NCBI GenBank assembly: GCA_030754595.1
Contig: JASLZZ010000084.1
Location: forward strand, 12,578 to 76,577
Length of the DNA stretch: 64,000 nucleotides
Direction of reading: 5' to 3'
Origin: Nitrospinota bacterium
Lineage (GTDB): Bacteria; UBA8248
This document shows positions 47,909-57,363 of the stretch, in pieces (position 1 is the stretch's first letter; each line of letters opens with the position of its first letter). The notes under the pieces are model-generated. The model had not been told where the DNA came from. It saw nothing but the letters and a program-made list of their open reading frames with translations, and searched no databases. A program made the position numbers and the translations under genes.

Positions 47909-48773
47909 GTGATGGAAGAGTCGAGGAAGTATTTCGAGCGAGCGCTTGTCGAGGTGGACGCCCTGCCTCCCATCTCGAAGGTTTTCCATAAAATCATGGA
48001 ACTCACCAACGAGGGCGAGGCCGCGCGCGCGGAGTTGATTCACTGCGTCTCGCTCGATCAGGGAATCGCGTCGAAAGTTTTTCAGACGATCAATTCGGCC
48101 TATTTCGGGATACGCCAGGAAATTTCCAGTCTCGAGGTGGCGGTGGGCCTGCTGGGCGACAGAGAGATTCGCGACATCGCCATGATATGCGCCTCCTCGG
48201 GTCTGCTTCGGTGCAACATCCGTGGCTACGGAATTCCGGCCGATCAACTCTGGTTTCACTCGGTCGCGGCGGCGGTCGCCGGGCGCCTGATCGCGGCCCG
48301 CCTTCTGCCGGATATGAAAGAGGCCGCGTTCGCGGCGGGCCTGCTCCACGACATCGGCAAGCTGGTGATAGACCGTTTGATCGAGGAGCCGGAGCGGGAA
48401 GTTTTCAAGGAGCTGGCCGAGGAGATTTCCCCGGGGGTATCACTCCACGGAGATGGACCTGTACGGATTCGATCACTGCACCATCGGATTTTTCCTCGCC
48501 CGTAAATGGAATTTCTCCGAAGAGTTGACCGCGGCGATCGCCTTTCACCACTACCCCGATTTCGATGTCGCTCAAAGGGAATTTATCCGGGTGGTCTGCG
48601 CCGCCGACCTGATGGCTCATCTGGCGGAATCGGAGGAACTCGAGCCGGGCCAGGTGGCCTCCCTCAAGGAGGAGGGCAAGATTCCCATCGAACTCTCCCA
48701 CCCCTAGGTCGAGGAAATTTTCCAAAACCTGATTGAAGAAATCGACGAATCCCGGTCATATCTGAGGATATAG
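47909..48773 (+). pseudogene. HDOD-domain protein disrupted by a frameshift (~48430) and an in-frame TAG (48705-48707)
   Basis: LPP, D..IASK....NSAYFG, AV.LLG and AGLLHDIGKL in the first frame; E...GFDH..IG..LA.KW..S...AI..HH in the second. A plausible helical tail continues after the TAG to a stop at 48773. Confidence 0.8.
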
Positions 48774-49087
48774 CTCAACAAATCGGGGCGCTTTCGGGCC
48801 AACCCCCCCGGAGGTCCTTTCCGCCCTCCCATCCGGCCCCCTTCCGAACCCCCTCGAATAGCCGGAAATTCGGATTTTTTCGGGGTTTATGGCTTCGCCC
48901 GTCTTGATTCGGGCGGGGACATCGTGTAAATGACGTTGGACCTGTTCCGCATGTCCACCCGTCCGATTCCTAAACGCCCCGGTGGAGCCAATGTTCACCC
49001 GCTTCCCGTAAAGCATCAGAGAAAAAAAAGGTAAAGATTTATTCATTATATGGGTTTCTGGCTGGAGAAGGCCGCGATTGGAGCGTC

Positions 49088-50062
49088 ATGAAAATTCTGA
49101 TTACGGGAGGCGCCGGATTCATCGGCTCTCATCTCGCGTCCGAGCTTTTTGAACGCGGACACGAAATAACCATCATCGACAACTTTTCGACCGGACGAAA
49201 GGATAATCTTCGTCACCTCGCGCCGAACTCCGGGATTCGTGTGGAGGAGGGCAGCATCCTCGACGCAGAGGTCATCGAGCCCCTCGTCGCGGATTGCGAC
49301 GAGGTCTACCATCTGGCGGCGGCCGTGGGCGTTCGCCTCATTCTGGAGAATCCCGTCGAGACCATCATGACGAACGTCCGGGGCGCCGAGGTGACCCTGG
49401 ATCTGTGCCGAAAGCATTCGAAGAAAATTTTCATCGCTTCGACCTCCGAGGTTTATGGGAAGAACAATAACGGCTCCCTCGGCGAGGATGACGACAGGAT
49501 TCTGGGAACGACCAAGAAACAACGATGGGCCTATGCCAACACGAAGACCCTGGACGAATTCCTCGCTCTGGCCTATCACCAGGCCTACGGCCTCCCCGTG
49601 GTGATCGCCCGGTTGTTCAACACCGTGGGCCCCCGGCAGACCGGACGCTATGGAATGGTGATTCCGAATTTCGTGCGGGCGGCGCTGGACGGGAAACCCA
49701 TTTGCGTTTTCGGGTCCGGAAAACAGTCGCGCTGCTTCGCCCATGTGAACGATGTGGTGAAAGGCATTATCGGTTTGATGGCGCACCCGGACGCTGTCGG
49801 GGATGTTTTCAATGTCGGCAACAACGAGGAAATCACCATCGAGGAGCTTGCCCTCCGGGTGAAGAAGCTCTCGGGCTCGTCCTCCGAGATCCAGTATATC
49901 CCCTACGAAGAGGCCTACGGGGACGGATACGAGGACATGGAGCGGCGCGTCCCCAGTTTGAAGAAAATCAAAGGCCTCATCGGGTACGAGACCCGTGAGC
50001 GGCTGGACGACATTCTCCGGTCGGTGATCGCGTATTTCAGGGAAAACGCCTCGGACAGCTGA
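49088..50062 (+). CDS. NAD-dependent nucleotide-sugar epimerase/dehydratase
   Basis: TGGAGFIGSH, HLAA, STSEVYG, YANTK, RLFNTVGPRQ. Confidence 0.92.
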   Translation: MKILITGGAGFIGSHLASELFERGHEITIIDNFSTGRKDNLRHLAPNSGIRVEEGSILDAEVIEPLVADCDEVYHLAAAVGVRLILENPVETIMTNVRGAEVTLDLCRKHSKKIFIASTSEVYGKNNNGSLGEDDDRILGTTKKQRWAYANTKTLDEFLALAYHQAYGLPVVIARLFNTVGPRQTGRYGMVIPNFVRAALDGKPICVFGSGKQSRCFAHVNDVVKGIIGLMAHPDAVGDVFNVGNNEEITIEELALRVKKLSGSSSEIQYIPYEEAYGDGYEDMERRVPSLKKIKGLIGYETRERLDDILRSVIAYFRENASDS

Positions 50063-50118
50063 TGGGCGTTGCCGGCGGGTTATCTCGCGGGCGAAATTAG
50101 TTATGGAGATGTGTACGC

Positions 50119-51075
50119 ATGGATCGTGTATTGGTGACGGGGGGCGGGGGGTTCATCGGCTCCCATCTGGTGCGGGCGCTTCTCGCCGAAGGCTACGCCG
50201 TCCGGGTGGTGGACAATTTTTATTCCGGCCGGAGGGAAAACCTGAGCGATGTGCTGGGCGACATCGAACTGATCGACGACTCCGACGGAATCGTTTCGGA
50301 GAGAATTTGCGGCGAGGCCGTTCGGGACGTGAAATGTATCCTCCACCAGGGGGCGATACCGTCGGTCCACCGCTCGCTGGAGGATCCTGTCCTCACCAAC
50401 CGGGTGAACGTCGGGGGGGCGCTGACTCTTCTCGAGGCGGCGCGAAAGGCCGGGGTCTCGCGGTTCGTTTATGCGTCGTCTTCCTCGATTTACGGGAACG
50501 CCGAGGGCGATGTCCGGAGCGAGGAAGACGCCCCCCAGCCGCTTTCGCCGTACGCGGTCTCGAAGCTGGCCGCCGAGAAATATGCGATGATGTACCACCA
50601 GTTGCACGGGCTCGAGACGGTGGGCCTCCGTTATTTTAATGTGTTCGGACCGCGCCAGGACCCGAATTCTCCGTATTCGGCGGTGATCCCGCTATTCGCG
50701 CGGGCTCTCCTGGCCGGGGATTCTCCCCAAATATTCGGGGACGGCCATCAATCGCGCGACTTTACGTTCATCGACAACGTGGTGGCGGGGAATCTGCTTG
50801 CCATGAAGGCCGGCCGCGTGGGCGGCGAGGTGATCAATCTGGCGGCCGGAAGCAATCATTCGGTGAACGATTTGTTCGGGAAGCTCCGGGGAATCATCGG
50901 CGCCGAGGGAATCGAAGCCACCTACTCTCCCGCCCGGAAAGGTGACGTATTCCGCTCCCAGGCCGATATCTCGAAAGCGAAAAAACGATTGGGTTATGAG
51001 ATCAAGGTGTCTTTTGACGAGGGTCTCAGCCGGACGGTGGATTGGTACCGTTCTTTCTCCGATGGGCATTTATAA
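50119..51075 (+). CDS. NAD-dependent nucleotide-sugar 4-epimerase (WbpP/TviC-like)
   Basis: TGGGGFIGSH, HQGAIPSV, SSSSIYG, PLSPYAVSK, RYFNVFGPRQDPNSPYSAVIP. Confidence 0.92.
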   Translation: MDRVLVTGGGGFIGSHLVRALLAEGYAVRVVDNFYSGRRENLSDVLGDIELIDDSDGIVSERICGEAVRDVKCILHQGAIPSVHRSLEDPVLTNRVNVGGALTLLEAARKAGVSRFVYASSSSIYGNAEGDVRSEEDAPQPLSPYAVSKLAAEKYAMMYHQLHGLETVGLRYFNVFGPRQDPNSPYSAVIPLFARALLAGDSPQIFGDGHQSRDFTFIDNVVAGNLLAMKAGRVGGEVINLAAGSNHSVNDLFGKLRGIIGAEGIEATYSPARKGDVFRSQADISKAKKRLGYEIKVSFDEGLSRTVDWYRSFSDGHL

Positions 51076-51239
51076 TGTTTCGCGCGATACTGGGCACCCT
51101 CCGGGAACTTTTTGAGTTCATGTGGGAGAACAAGATCTGGTGGATGGCGCCGATCGTGATCGTGTTGCTGCTCTTTTCGGGCCTGATGTTCATGGCCCAG
51201 TCGAGCGCGCTGGCGCCGTTCGTATATACGTTGTTCTAG
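51075..51239 (+). CDS. DUF5989 / SxtK-like single-pass membrane microprotein (54 aa)
   Basis: ATG overlaps the upstream TAA (TAATG). EL..FM...K.WW.API...LL...SSALAPFVYTLF is the pattern of this family. Confidence 0.85.
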   Translation: MFRAILGTLRELFEFMWENKIWWMAPIVIVLLLFSGLMFMAQSSALAPFVYTLF

Positions 51240-51257
51240 GAGCGCGGGGAGCGGGCG

Positions 51258-51476
51258 ATGCTGAAGAGGCTGTGGGAGGGCTGGAAGCGGCTGGCGAAGT
51301 GGATCGCTTGGTTCAACTCGCTCGTTTTGTGCACGATTCTTTATTTCGTCCTCCTCCCGCTGGTGGCGATACCGTTTCGCCTGTTCAAGGACCCCCTCCG
51401 CCTCGACGGCCCGGCCGAGTTCGTGGACCGCGAAGAAAAAGAAGCCAGCCTAGAGGATGCCCTTCGCCAGGGATAA
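51258..51476 (+). CDS. SxtJ-like small membrane protein
   Basis: W..W..LA..I...N...L....YF..L......R...DPL pattern; sits between the DUF5989 and carbamoyltransferase genes. Confidence 0.75.
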   Translation: MLKRLWEGWKRLAKWIAWFNSLVLCTILYFVLLPLVAIPFRLFKDPLRLDGPAEFVDREEKEASLEDALRQG

Positions 51477-51480
51477 TAAA

Positions 51481-53256
51481 TTGTACATTCTTGGAATTAG
51501 CTGTTTTTACCATGACTCTGCGGCTGCACTATTGTGCGACGGCGAGCTCGTCGCGGCGGCCGAGGAGGAGCGTTTCAGCCGCGTCAAGCACGACTTCGGT
51601 TTCCCGGAACTGGCGATTGAGTTCTGCCTGAAGAAGGCGGGCATCGAGGCCGGCGATCTCGATTACGTGGTCTTCTACGAAAAACCCTTCCTCAAGTTCG
51701 AGCGTCTTCTCAACACCATTCTCCAGACGTTCCCCTCGTCGCTGAATGTTTTTCAGGGTTCGATGATCAACTGGTTCGGCGACAAGCTGTGGGTGAAGGG
51801 AATCATTTACAAACGGCTGGGCATCGCGCTGGACAAGATACTTTTCACCGAACACCACATGTCGCACGCCGCGAGCGCCTATTTCGCCTCGCCCTTCGAG
51901 GAGTCGTCGGTCCTCACCGTGGACGGGGTGGGGGAGTGGGCGACGACGACGATGGGCCGCGCGCGGGGCCAGGAGATCGCCCTCGAGCGCGAGCAGCGAT
52001 TTCCGCATTCGCTGGGTCTGCTCTACAGCGCTTTTACGGCCTATCTGGGTTTCGAGGTGAACGAGGGCGAGTACAAGGTGATGGGCATGGCGCCCTACGG
52101 CGAGCCCAAGTATCTCGACGAGGTGTGGAAGACGGTCCGCCGGGAGGGGAACGGGAGTTTTTCGCTGGACATGGACTACTTCACTTTCCACCGCTCCACG
52201 ACTCGGAGTTTCGGCGAGAAGCTCACCGATCTGTTGGGACCCTCCCGCGAGCCCGAGAGCCAGTTCTTCACGCGCAGCTCGGGCTATCCCGGCTACTACG
52301 GTCCAAAGCCGGCCGACTACGAGGCGGCCTGCCGGAGGAACGAGCACTACGCCGACATCGCCTCGAGCATCCAGCGCGTGACCGAGGAGTTGGTGCTCGA
52401 CATGGCGGGCGCCCTCCACCGCTCGACGGGCCTGGACAAGCTCTGCATGGCCGGAGGCGTCGCGCTCAACTCGGTGGCGAACGGGCGCCTGCTCAGGGAG
52501 TCGGGTTTCAAGGAAATCTATATCCAACCCGCCGCGGGCGACGGGGGCGGCGCGCTGGGGGCGGCGCTCTATGTGCACAACGCCGTTCTTAAGGGCAAGC
52601 GCTCGCCCGTGATGACCCACGCATACTGGGGCGAGGAGTACAGCGCCGCCGAGGCGGCCGATCAGCTCAGCGCCGAGGGCGCCCGGTGGGAGGAGATCGC
52701 GGACGAGGGCGAGCTCCTGGGCCGGGTGTCCGAGTCCATCATGGCGGGCGACGTGATCGGCTGGCACCAGGGCCGTTTCGAGTGGGGCCCCCGCGCGCTT
52801 GGCCATCGCTCGATCCTGGCGAACCCGACGAGCGAGGCGATGAAGGAGATCGTCAACACCAAGATAAAATTCCGCGAGCCCTTCCGGCCCTTCGCCCCCT
52901 CGGTGCTGGCCGATAAGGCGGGCAAGTATTTCGACATCGACGAGCCCGAGCGCCACTACCCGGCGCGGTACATGCTCCTGGTGGTGCCGGTGCGCGAGGA
53001 GGCCAAGTCCAAGCTTCCGGCGATCACCCACGTGGACGGGACGGGCCGCCTCCAGACGGTGGTCAAGGAGGAGAGCCCGCTCTACTACCGCCTGATCGAA
53101 ACCTTCGGGGAGGCCTCGGGGGTGCCCGTCGTGCTCAACACCTCGTTCAACCTCCGGGGCGAGCCGATCGTCAACACCCCGGCCGACGCATGGCGGACCT
53201 TCACGGCCTCGGAGATGGACAAGCTCGTCGTCGGCAACTTCCTCATGTCGAAATAA
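51481..53256 (+). CDS. O-carbamoyltransferase (NodU/CmcH/TobZ/SxtI family)
   Basis: ILGIS.FYHDSAA, EEERF.R.KH, HH.SHAAS, DGVGE, EYKVMG, GGVALN, EWGPRALGHRS, KFRE.FRPFAP, LNTSFN. TTG start at 51481 preferred. Confidence 0.95.
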   Translation: MYILGISCFYHDSAAALLCDGELVAAAEEERFSRVKHDFGFPELAIEFCLKKAGIEAGDLDYVVFYEKPFLKFERLLNTILQTFPSSLNVFQGSMINWFGDKLWVKGIIYKRLGIALDKILFTEHHMSHAASAYFASPFEESSVLTVDGVGEWATTTMGRARGQEIALEREQRFPHSLGLLYSAFTAYLGFEVNEGEYKVMGMAPYGEPKYLDEVWKTVRREGNGSFSLDMDYFTFHRSTTRSFGEKLTDLLGPSREPESQFFTRSSGYPGYYGPKPADYEAACRRNEHYADIASSIQRVTEELVLDMAGALHRSTGLDKLCMAGGVALNSVANGRLLRESGFKEIYIQPAAGDGGGALGAALYVHNAVLKGKRSPVMTHAYWGEEYSAAEAADQLSAEGARWEEIADEGELLGRVSESIMAGDVIGWHQGRFEWGPRALGHRSILANPTSEAMKEIVNTKIKFREPFRPFAPSVLADKAGKYFDIDEPERHYPARYMLLVVPVREEAKSKLPAITHVDGTGRLQTVVKEESPLYYRLIETFGEASGVPVVLNTSFNLRGEPIVNTPADAWRTFTASEMDKLVVGNFLMSK

Positions 53257-53355
53257 CGCCGCCCGGTCGTCGCCCAACTCCCAGCCGGACATCTCTTTGC
53301 TACAATGGACCGTTTCTTTTTGCCCTGGTTTGCGCCGAATCGAGGAAATCGCCGG

Positions 53356-55149
53356 ATGAAGAATTGGCTCATCGCCCTGCTCTCCGTTTTTTGCGCCGCC
53401 TGGGCGGCCCAGCTAGTCGCCGATTCGGACCCGGGGCCCGTGCGCAAGCGGTTTCCGGTCTGGGACGTGCGCGCGCCGGGGGATTGGACCTCTCCCGCCC
53501 TGTTCCGGGGGAGGCGGGGTGTGATAGCCAGCCGGGCCGGGAGGCCGAGGCTGTTTGTCTCGAACCCGGCTTCTGAGGCCTATAGGGTCCGCGTTTTTTA
53601 TGTGCTCGAGGGAGAGCCCGCCGATGTAATGGTTTCGGGCGTGCGGGCCGCCCGCCTGGAGCCCGGCGGAAAATGGCGCCGCACGGTTTTCTCCGCGCCC
53701 TTCTCGGCCAAGGGGGAAAAACTCGAAATCGCCTTTGGGCTCACGGCCGGGAGCCGCCTCCACCTCCGCCGGATCGATTACCGGAACTATTTCTTCAGGC
53801 TCGGGTCTTTCTTTTCCATCAAGCCGCCGGGGGGCGCGAGGGTCCCTGCCGGGGCGGCCTGGCGGCTGCTTATCGCGGCGCTCCTCATCGCCGCCGGCGC
53901 GGTGGGAGTGTATCTCAGGCTCGAGACGGAAGGCGCCCCGGCCGCCCTCGAGAGGACCTTCCTCTCCGCGGGTCTGATCGGCCTCGCCGCGATTCTGGCC
54001 CAGCTGATCGCCGGCTATTCTCTTCACGCCCATCCGGCCTTCGCGGCCGCCGTGTTCGCCGGGGTGTCGGCGGCGGAGTCGTTCCCGGCCGGGAAGCGGA
54101 ACTGGCGCCTCGCCTTGGGGCGGCTGGCGGCCGCGTCGGTGGCCACGGCCCTCGCGCTGGCGGCCGCCGAGGTGGCGCTCGTGATCTGGGACCCGCCCAT
54201 GAGCCGCCCGCGCGTGAGGAGCTACTCGAAGTATTCCCCCGAATTCGGCTGGGTGAACCGGCCCGGCGCGCGGGGCTGGCACGTGGATATCGGCTACCAC
54301 ATTCGGATCGACGAATTCGGCCACCGGGGGCCCGATCGCTCCCCTGAAAAGCCCGGGGGTGTGTTCCGGATCCTGGGCCTGGGCGATTCCTTCGGCTTCG
54401 GGTGGGGGGTGGAGGACGAGCGGACCTTCCTCCGCGTTCTCGAGTCGAGGCTCCGCGCCGAGGGCCACCGGGTCGAGGTCATCAACGCCGGGGTGCCCGC
54501 TTGGCACAGCGTCCAGTCGCTCGCCTATTTGCTCGGGCGCGGCGTCCGCTTTAAGCCCGATTTGGTGGTCGCCGAGTTCTTTATCGACGATGTGACCAAA
54601 ACCAGTCTGAAGAAATTTTTGAACGGAGAGAAAGCCACGCGGCTCAGGGAAGAGGAGGCGGCGGTCACCCGCCTCCAAAAATCTTCGTGGTCCCCCCGGC
54701 TCTATCACTACTGGTTCAACTACCGGAAAATCCGCCGGGCCGCGAAAGAGCACCTGCGCCGGAATCCATACCCGGATTTCGAGTCCGAGCGAAAAACGCT
54801 CCGTCGGGATTTCGATAATAACAAGGAGGACGTCGCCGGCCTCGAGGGGATCGTCGCCGAATGGAGGCGGGCCCGCGAGAAAATCGGTGTCCCCATCGTC
54901 ATGACCTATGTCCCGGCCGGCGGGTCGCTGGGCTCTCCCCGCCACCAGGGCGAGTTCCGGGCGTTTCGGCGCATCACCCGGGCCCGGGGATTTCCGTTTC
55001 TCGATGTCGTCGGCCTGTTCGAGAAACATCCCGCGCCCCGGAGCCTCTATCTCCACCCCCGGGACGGGCACATGAGCGCCGAGGGTCACAGGGTGATGGG
55101 CGAAGCCCTGGCGAAGCTTATTCTCAAGGGCGGCTGGCTGAAGAAATAG
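53356..55149 (+). CDS. Membrane-anchored SGNH/GDSL-family protein
   Basis: N-terminal signal-like segment, a beta-rich domain and about four TM helices, followed by LGDSFG, NAG, PDLV and DGH catalytic blocks. Confidence 0.85.
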   Translation: MKNWLIALLSVFCAAWAAQLVADSDPGPVRKRFPVWDVRAPGDWTSPALFRGRRGVIASRAGRPRLFVSNPASEAYRVRVFYVLEGEPADVMVSGVRAARLEPGGKWRRTVFSAPFSAKGEKLEIAFGLTAGSRLHLRRIDYRNYFFRLGSFFSIKPPGGARVPAGAAWRLLIAALLIAAGAVGVYLRLETEGAPAALERTFLSAGLIGLAAILAQLIAGYSLHAHPAFAAAVFAGVSAAESFPAGKRNWRLALGRLAAASVATALALAAAEVALVIWDPPMSRPRVRSYSKYSPEFGWVNRPGARGWHVDIGYHIRIDEFGHRGPDRSPEKPGGVFRILGLGDSFGFGWGVEDERTFLRVLESRLRAEGHRVEVINAGVPAWHSVQSLAYLLGRGVRFKPDLVVAEFFIDDVTKTSLKKFLNGEKATRLREEEAAVTRLQKSSWSPRLYHYWFNYRKIRRAAKEHLRRNPYPDFESERKTLRRDFDNNKEDVAGLEGIVAEWRRAREKIGVPIVMTYVPAGGSLGSPRHQGEFRAFRRITRARGFPFLDVVGLFEKHPAPRSLYLHPRDGHMSAEGHRVMGEALAKLILKGGWLKK

Positions 55150-55206
55150 TGGTGTCGGGGCTCCCTGGCGGGAGCCACCGCTAAGGAAGCCTCCGAACTT
55201 TAAACC

Positions 55207-55746
55207 TTAAAGATTCCCCAGCGAGCGTCTGCGGCCCCGCTCTTTTTTCGGCAGTTTTCTCGGATTCCCCTTCTTTTTCGTCGAGACCCGGCCCGGGCGA
55301 TCCTCTGATTCCTCTTCCTCGGGCTCTCCGCCCTCCATCGTCATGAGGAGGCGGCCGGTGAACTCGCCCGAGCGCACGACGGTGGCGCCCAGCGCCCGGG
55401 CCGACTCGCCGAGGGCGCGGTCCGAGGTGACCAGCGTCGCGCCCCGCATTTCCTTTTCGAGCATTCTCAGGATCAGGTCGTCGGCGATCTCGTTACGCGA
55501 GAAACGCACATTGACGCCGTGAACGCGGCCGGCGTGCTCCCGGTCGGCCCGGTCCCGGCCGGTGTGGCGCTTCCCGTCGAAGATCACAGTGATGTCGAGC
55601 GAAGCCGGGGAGGCGCGCCTGTACTCGCCGAGGAGGGCGAGGAACGCCTCCCGGCCCTCTTCGAGGTCTTTTCGGAGGATTCGCCCCAGCTCCGGGATGG
55701 CGGGGATGACGTTGTATCCGTCGATGAGGAGTTTAATAGGGGCCAC
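55207..55746 (-). CDS. NYN-domain (YacP/Rae1-like) ribonuclease
   Basis: IDGYN, VIFDG, ADD.I, VTSDR; basic C-terminal tail. Confidence 0.85.
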   Translation of the reverse strand: MAPIKLLIDGYNVIPAIPELGRILRKDLEEGREAFLALLGEYRRASPASLDITVIFDGKRHTGRDRADREHAGRVHGVNVRFSRNEIADDLILRMLEKEMRGATLVTSDRALGESARALGATVVRSGEFTGRLLMTMEGGEPEEEESEDRPGRVSTKKKGNPRKLPKKERGRRRSLGNL

Positions 55747-56079
55747 CTTCCGGGGGGTCTCGGTTAACTGGATGAATTTATTATATCCAATTGAAAATAA
55801 GTGGATTGAAGGGATAGGTCAAGCCCCCGGGAGGGCTGGGATTTGTAGGATATTCAGGGGATTTAGGTGAGAATTCTAGTAACGATGTGAGAACGGCATG
55901 GGCCAGAGGCCCGGAGTGGGCCGTTAAAGGGTGGTGTCCTAAATAAAATTAATTCGTTTCGGGTCATGTCTAAGGTTCGGAGGAAAGTGATGATTTGATA
56001 GGATAATCCCGATTTTTTTGCTGCGACCTCGCGCGAGGCCCGGCGCGGCATCCCCGAACCTCCCGATACGGAGACATCC

Positions 56080-56451
56080 ATGACCAGCGACGGCATATTC
56101 GAAAAAGGAATGGCGAACCGGACCAAGGTTTTCGGAGCCATGGGCGAGGACAGGCGCAAGCGGTACGAGGACGCCTGCCCGGATTTCGCCCGCTTCATGA
56201 TGGAAAGCGTCTACGGCGAACTCTACGAGCGGAAGGGGATTTCCGATCAGAACCGCGAGAGGGTCATCCTCGCCATCTTGTGCACCCTCGGGCGGGACCG
56301 CGAATTCGAACACCACGCCCATGCCGCGCTCAACCTGGGCATGCCCCGGGAGGACATCGAGGAAATCATCATGGTCTGCGCCTACTACGCCGGCGGGCCG
56401 AACGCCCTCGGGGCGACCAAGGCCATGATCAACGTGATTCAGGAGCGGTAA
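56080..56451 (+). CDS. Carboxymuconolactone decarboxylase (PcaC-like) family protein
   Basis: G...R..V.G, YG....R, H.HAALNLG...E.I.E, YAG.P. Confidence 0.85.
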   Translation: MTSDGIFEKGMANRTKVFGAMGEDRRKRYEDACPDFARFMMESVYGELYERKGISDQNRERVILAILCTLGRDREFEHHAHAALNLGMPREDIEEIIMVCAYYAGGPNALGATKAMINVIQER

Positions 56452-56470
56452 TCCTGGGGGTGCTCTACGG

Positions 56471-56935
56471 TCAGGGGGAGAGGTCCCAGTTTTCCTTCAT
56501 CTCGGCCCCGCTGGCCGCCAATACGCAGTGGACCGGGCAGCGCCGCCGCCGGTCGGTCTTGATCCGCTCGAGCTGCTCTGGGGTGGCGCCGGTGCCGATC
56601 TTGATATCGACCTCTACTTCGGTGTAGCGGGGGTGATAGCCCTCCATCCCGGCGATCCCGCGCGGGCTGTAGGTCCCCCGGGCGTCCACCTCGAGCGAGT
56701 GGATGGCGACCTCCATACCCTGCGTGATGCGGTAGAGGAGCATGGCGGTGGCCCCGGCGTAGGCGCACATCATCATTTCGGTGGGGGCGGGGCCCTTGGG
56801 CTCTCCTCCCGCGTAGGCGGGCGAGTCGATATGGACGGTCTGCCCGGAGGGGGTTGTGATTCGCGAGCACTCCGCGCCCCCCCAATCGGCGTGGGCTTTC
56901 GCGATGTTGACCTCGGGTAGCTCTTTTTTCGCCAT
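56471..56935 (-). CDS. OsmC/Ohr family protein
   Basis: IDSP...GG...GP.P.E and CPV; the first catalytic Cys position holds Ala. Confidence 0.8.
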   Translation of the reverse strand: MAKKELPEVNIAKAHADWGGAECSRITTPSGQTVHIDSPAYAGGEPKGPAPTEMMMCAYAGATAMLLYRITQGMEVAIHSLEVDARGTYSPRGIAGMEGYHPRYTEVEVDIKIGTGATPEQLERIKTDRRRRCPVHCVLAASGAEMKENWDLSP

Positions 56936-56947
56936 GTCCGGCCTCGT

Positions 56948-57307
56948 TTACCTAGAAAGGAAAGATGAATAGCTCGCTAATAAAATCCTGCTATTAGTAG
57001 CCCGATAAAACAGGTTGAAAAGGATTTTCATGAACGCTTCGGCCTTGGCGGCGTCGCCCTCGATCTTCAGCGCGCCGGCGCTTCGCCTGGCCCCGATGCC
57101 GGCGGCGGGGCCGATGCCGGAGCGGCCCGAAGCGAGGAGGATCATGTCGCTGGCCCGGCCGAAGGGGCTTCGCACGACCGCCACGTGGAGCGTTCCGGGA
57201 AGCTCGATGTCGTCCACGTAGCGGGCGAGGCCCCGGAGGAGCTTGGGGTCCTCCCGCCGCTTGATGGGAGAGCCGATGAATTTTGGGGCTTCCGGCGCTT
57301 TGGCCAT
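56948..57307 (-). pseudogene. Truncated CoxL/xanthine dehydrogenase large subunit (first ~49 aa) fused to an unrelated C-terminal fragment
   Basis: IG.PIKRREDPKLLRG.ARYVDD...PG.LH...VRSP is the N-terminus of a ~780-aa molybdoenzyme subunit; similarity stops near 57160. Confidence 0.8.
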
Positions 57308-57363
57308 TTTTCATTGCCTCGGTCTGTTCTGGACGGTGTGCGGCACGGAGGTGCGCTACGTCC

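Noticed and set aside
48705..48707. TAG in the HDOD gene as pyrrolysine or readthrough
   Set aside because: The gene also has a frameshift, the position is not catalytic and there is no pyl context; a nonsense mutation is simpler.
51075..53256. Saxitoxin biosynthesis (sxtI/J/K-like genes)
   Set aside because: No sxtA, sxtG or other core genes are present; the neighbours are sugar epimerases and an SGNH protein, pointing to glycan modification.
51529..55089. Long antisense ORFs (e.g. 51529-53292, 53413-55089; also 10639-11997, 20024-21475, 40344-41999, 58247-59632)
   Set aside because: They are shadows of well-supported genes, expected at high GC3, and show no motifs.
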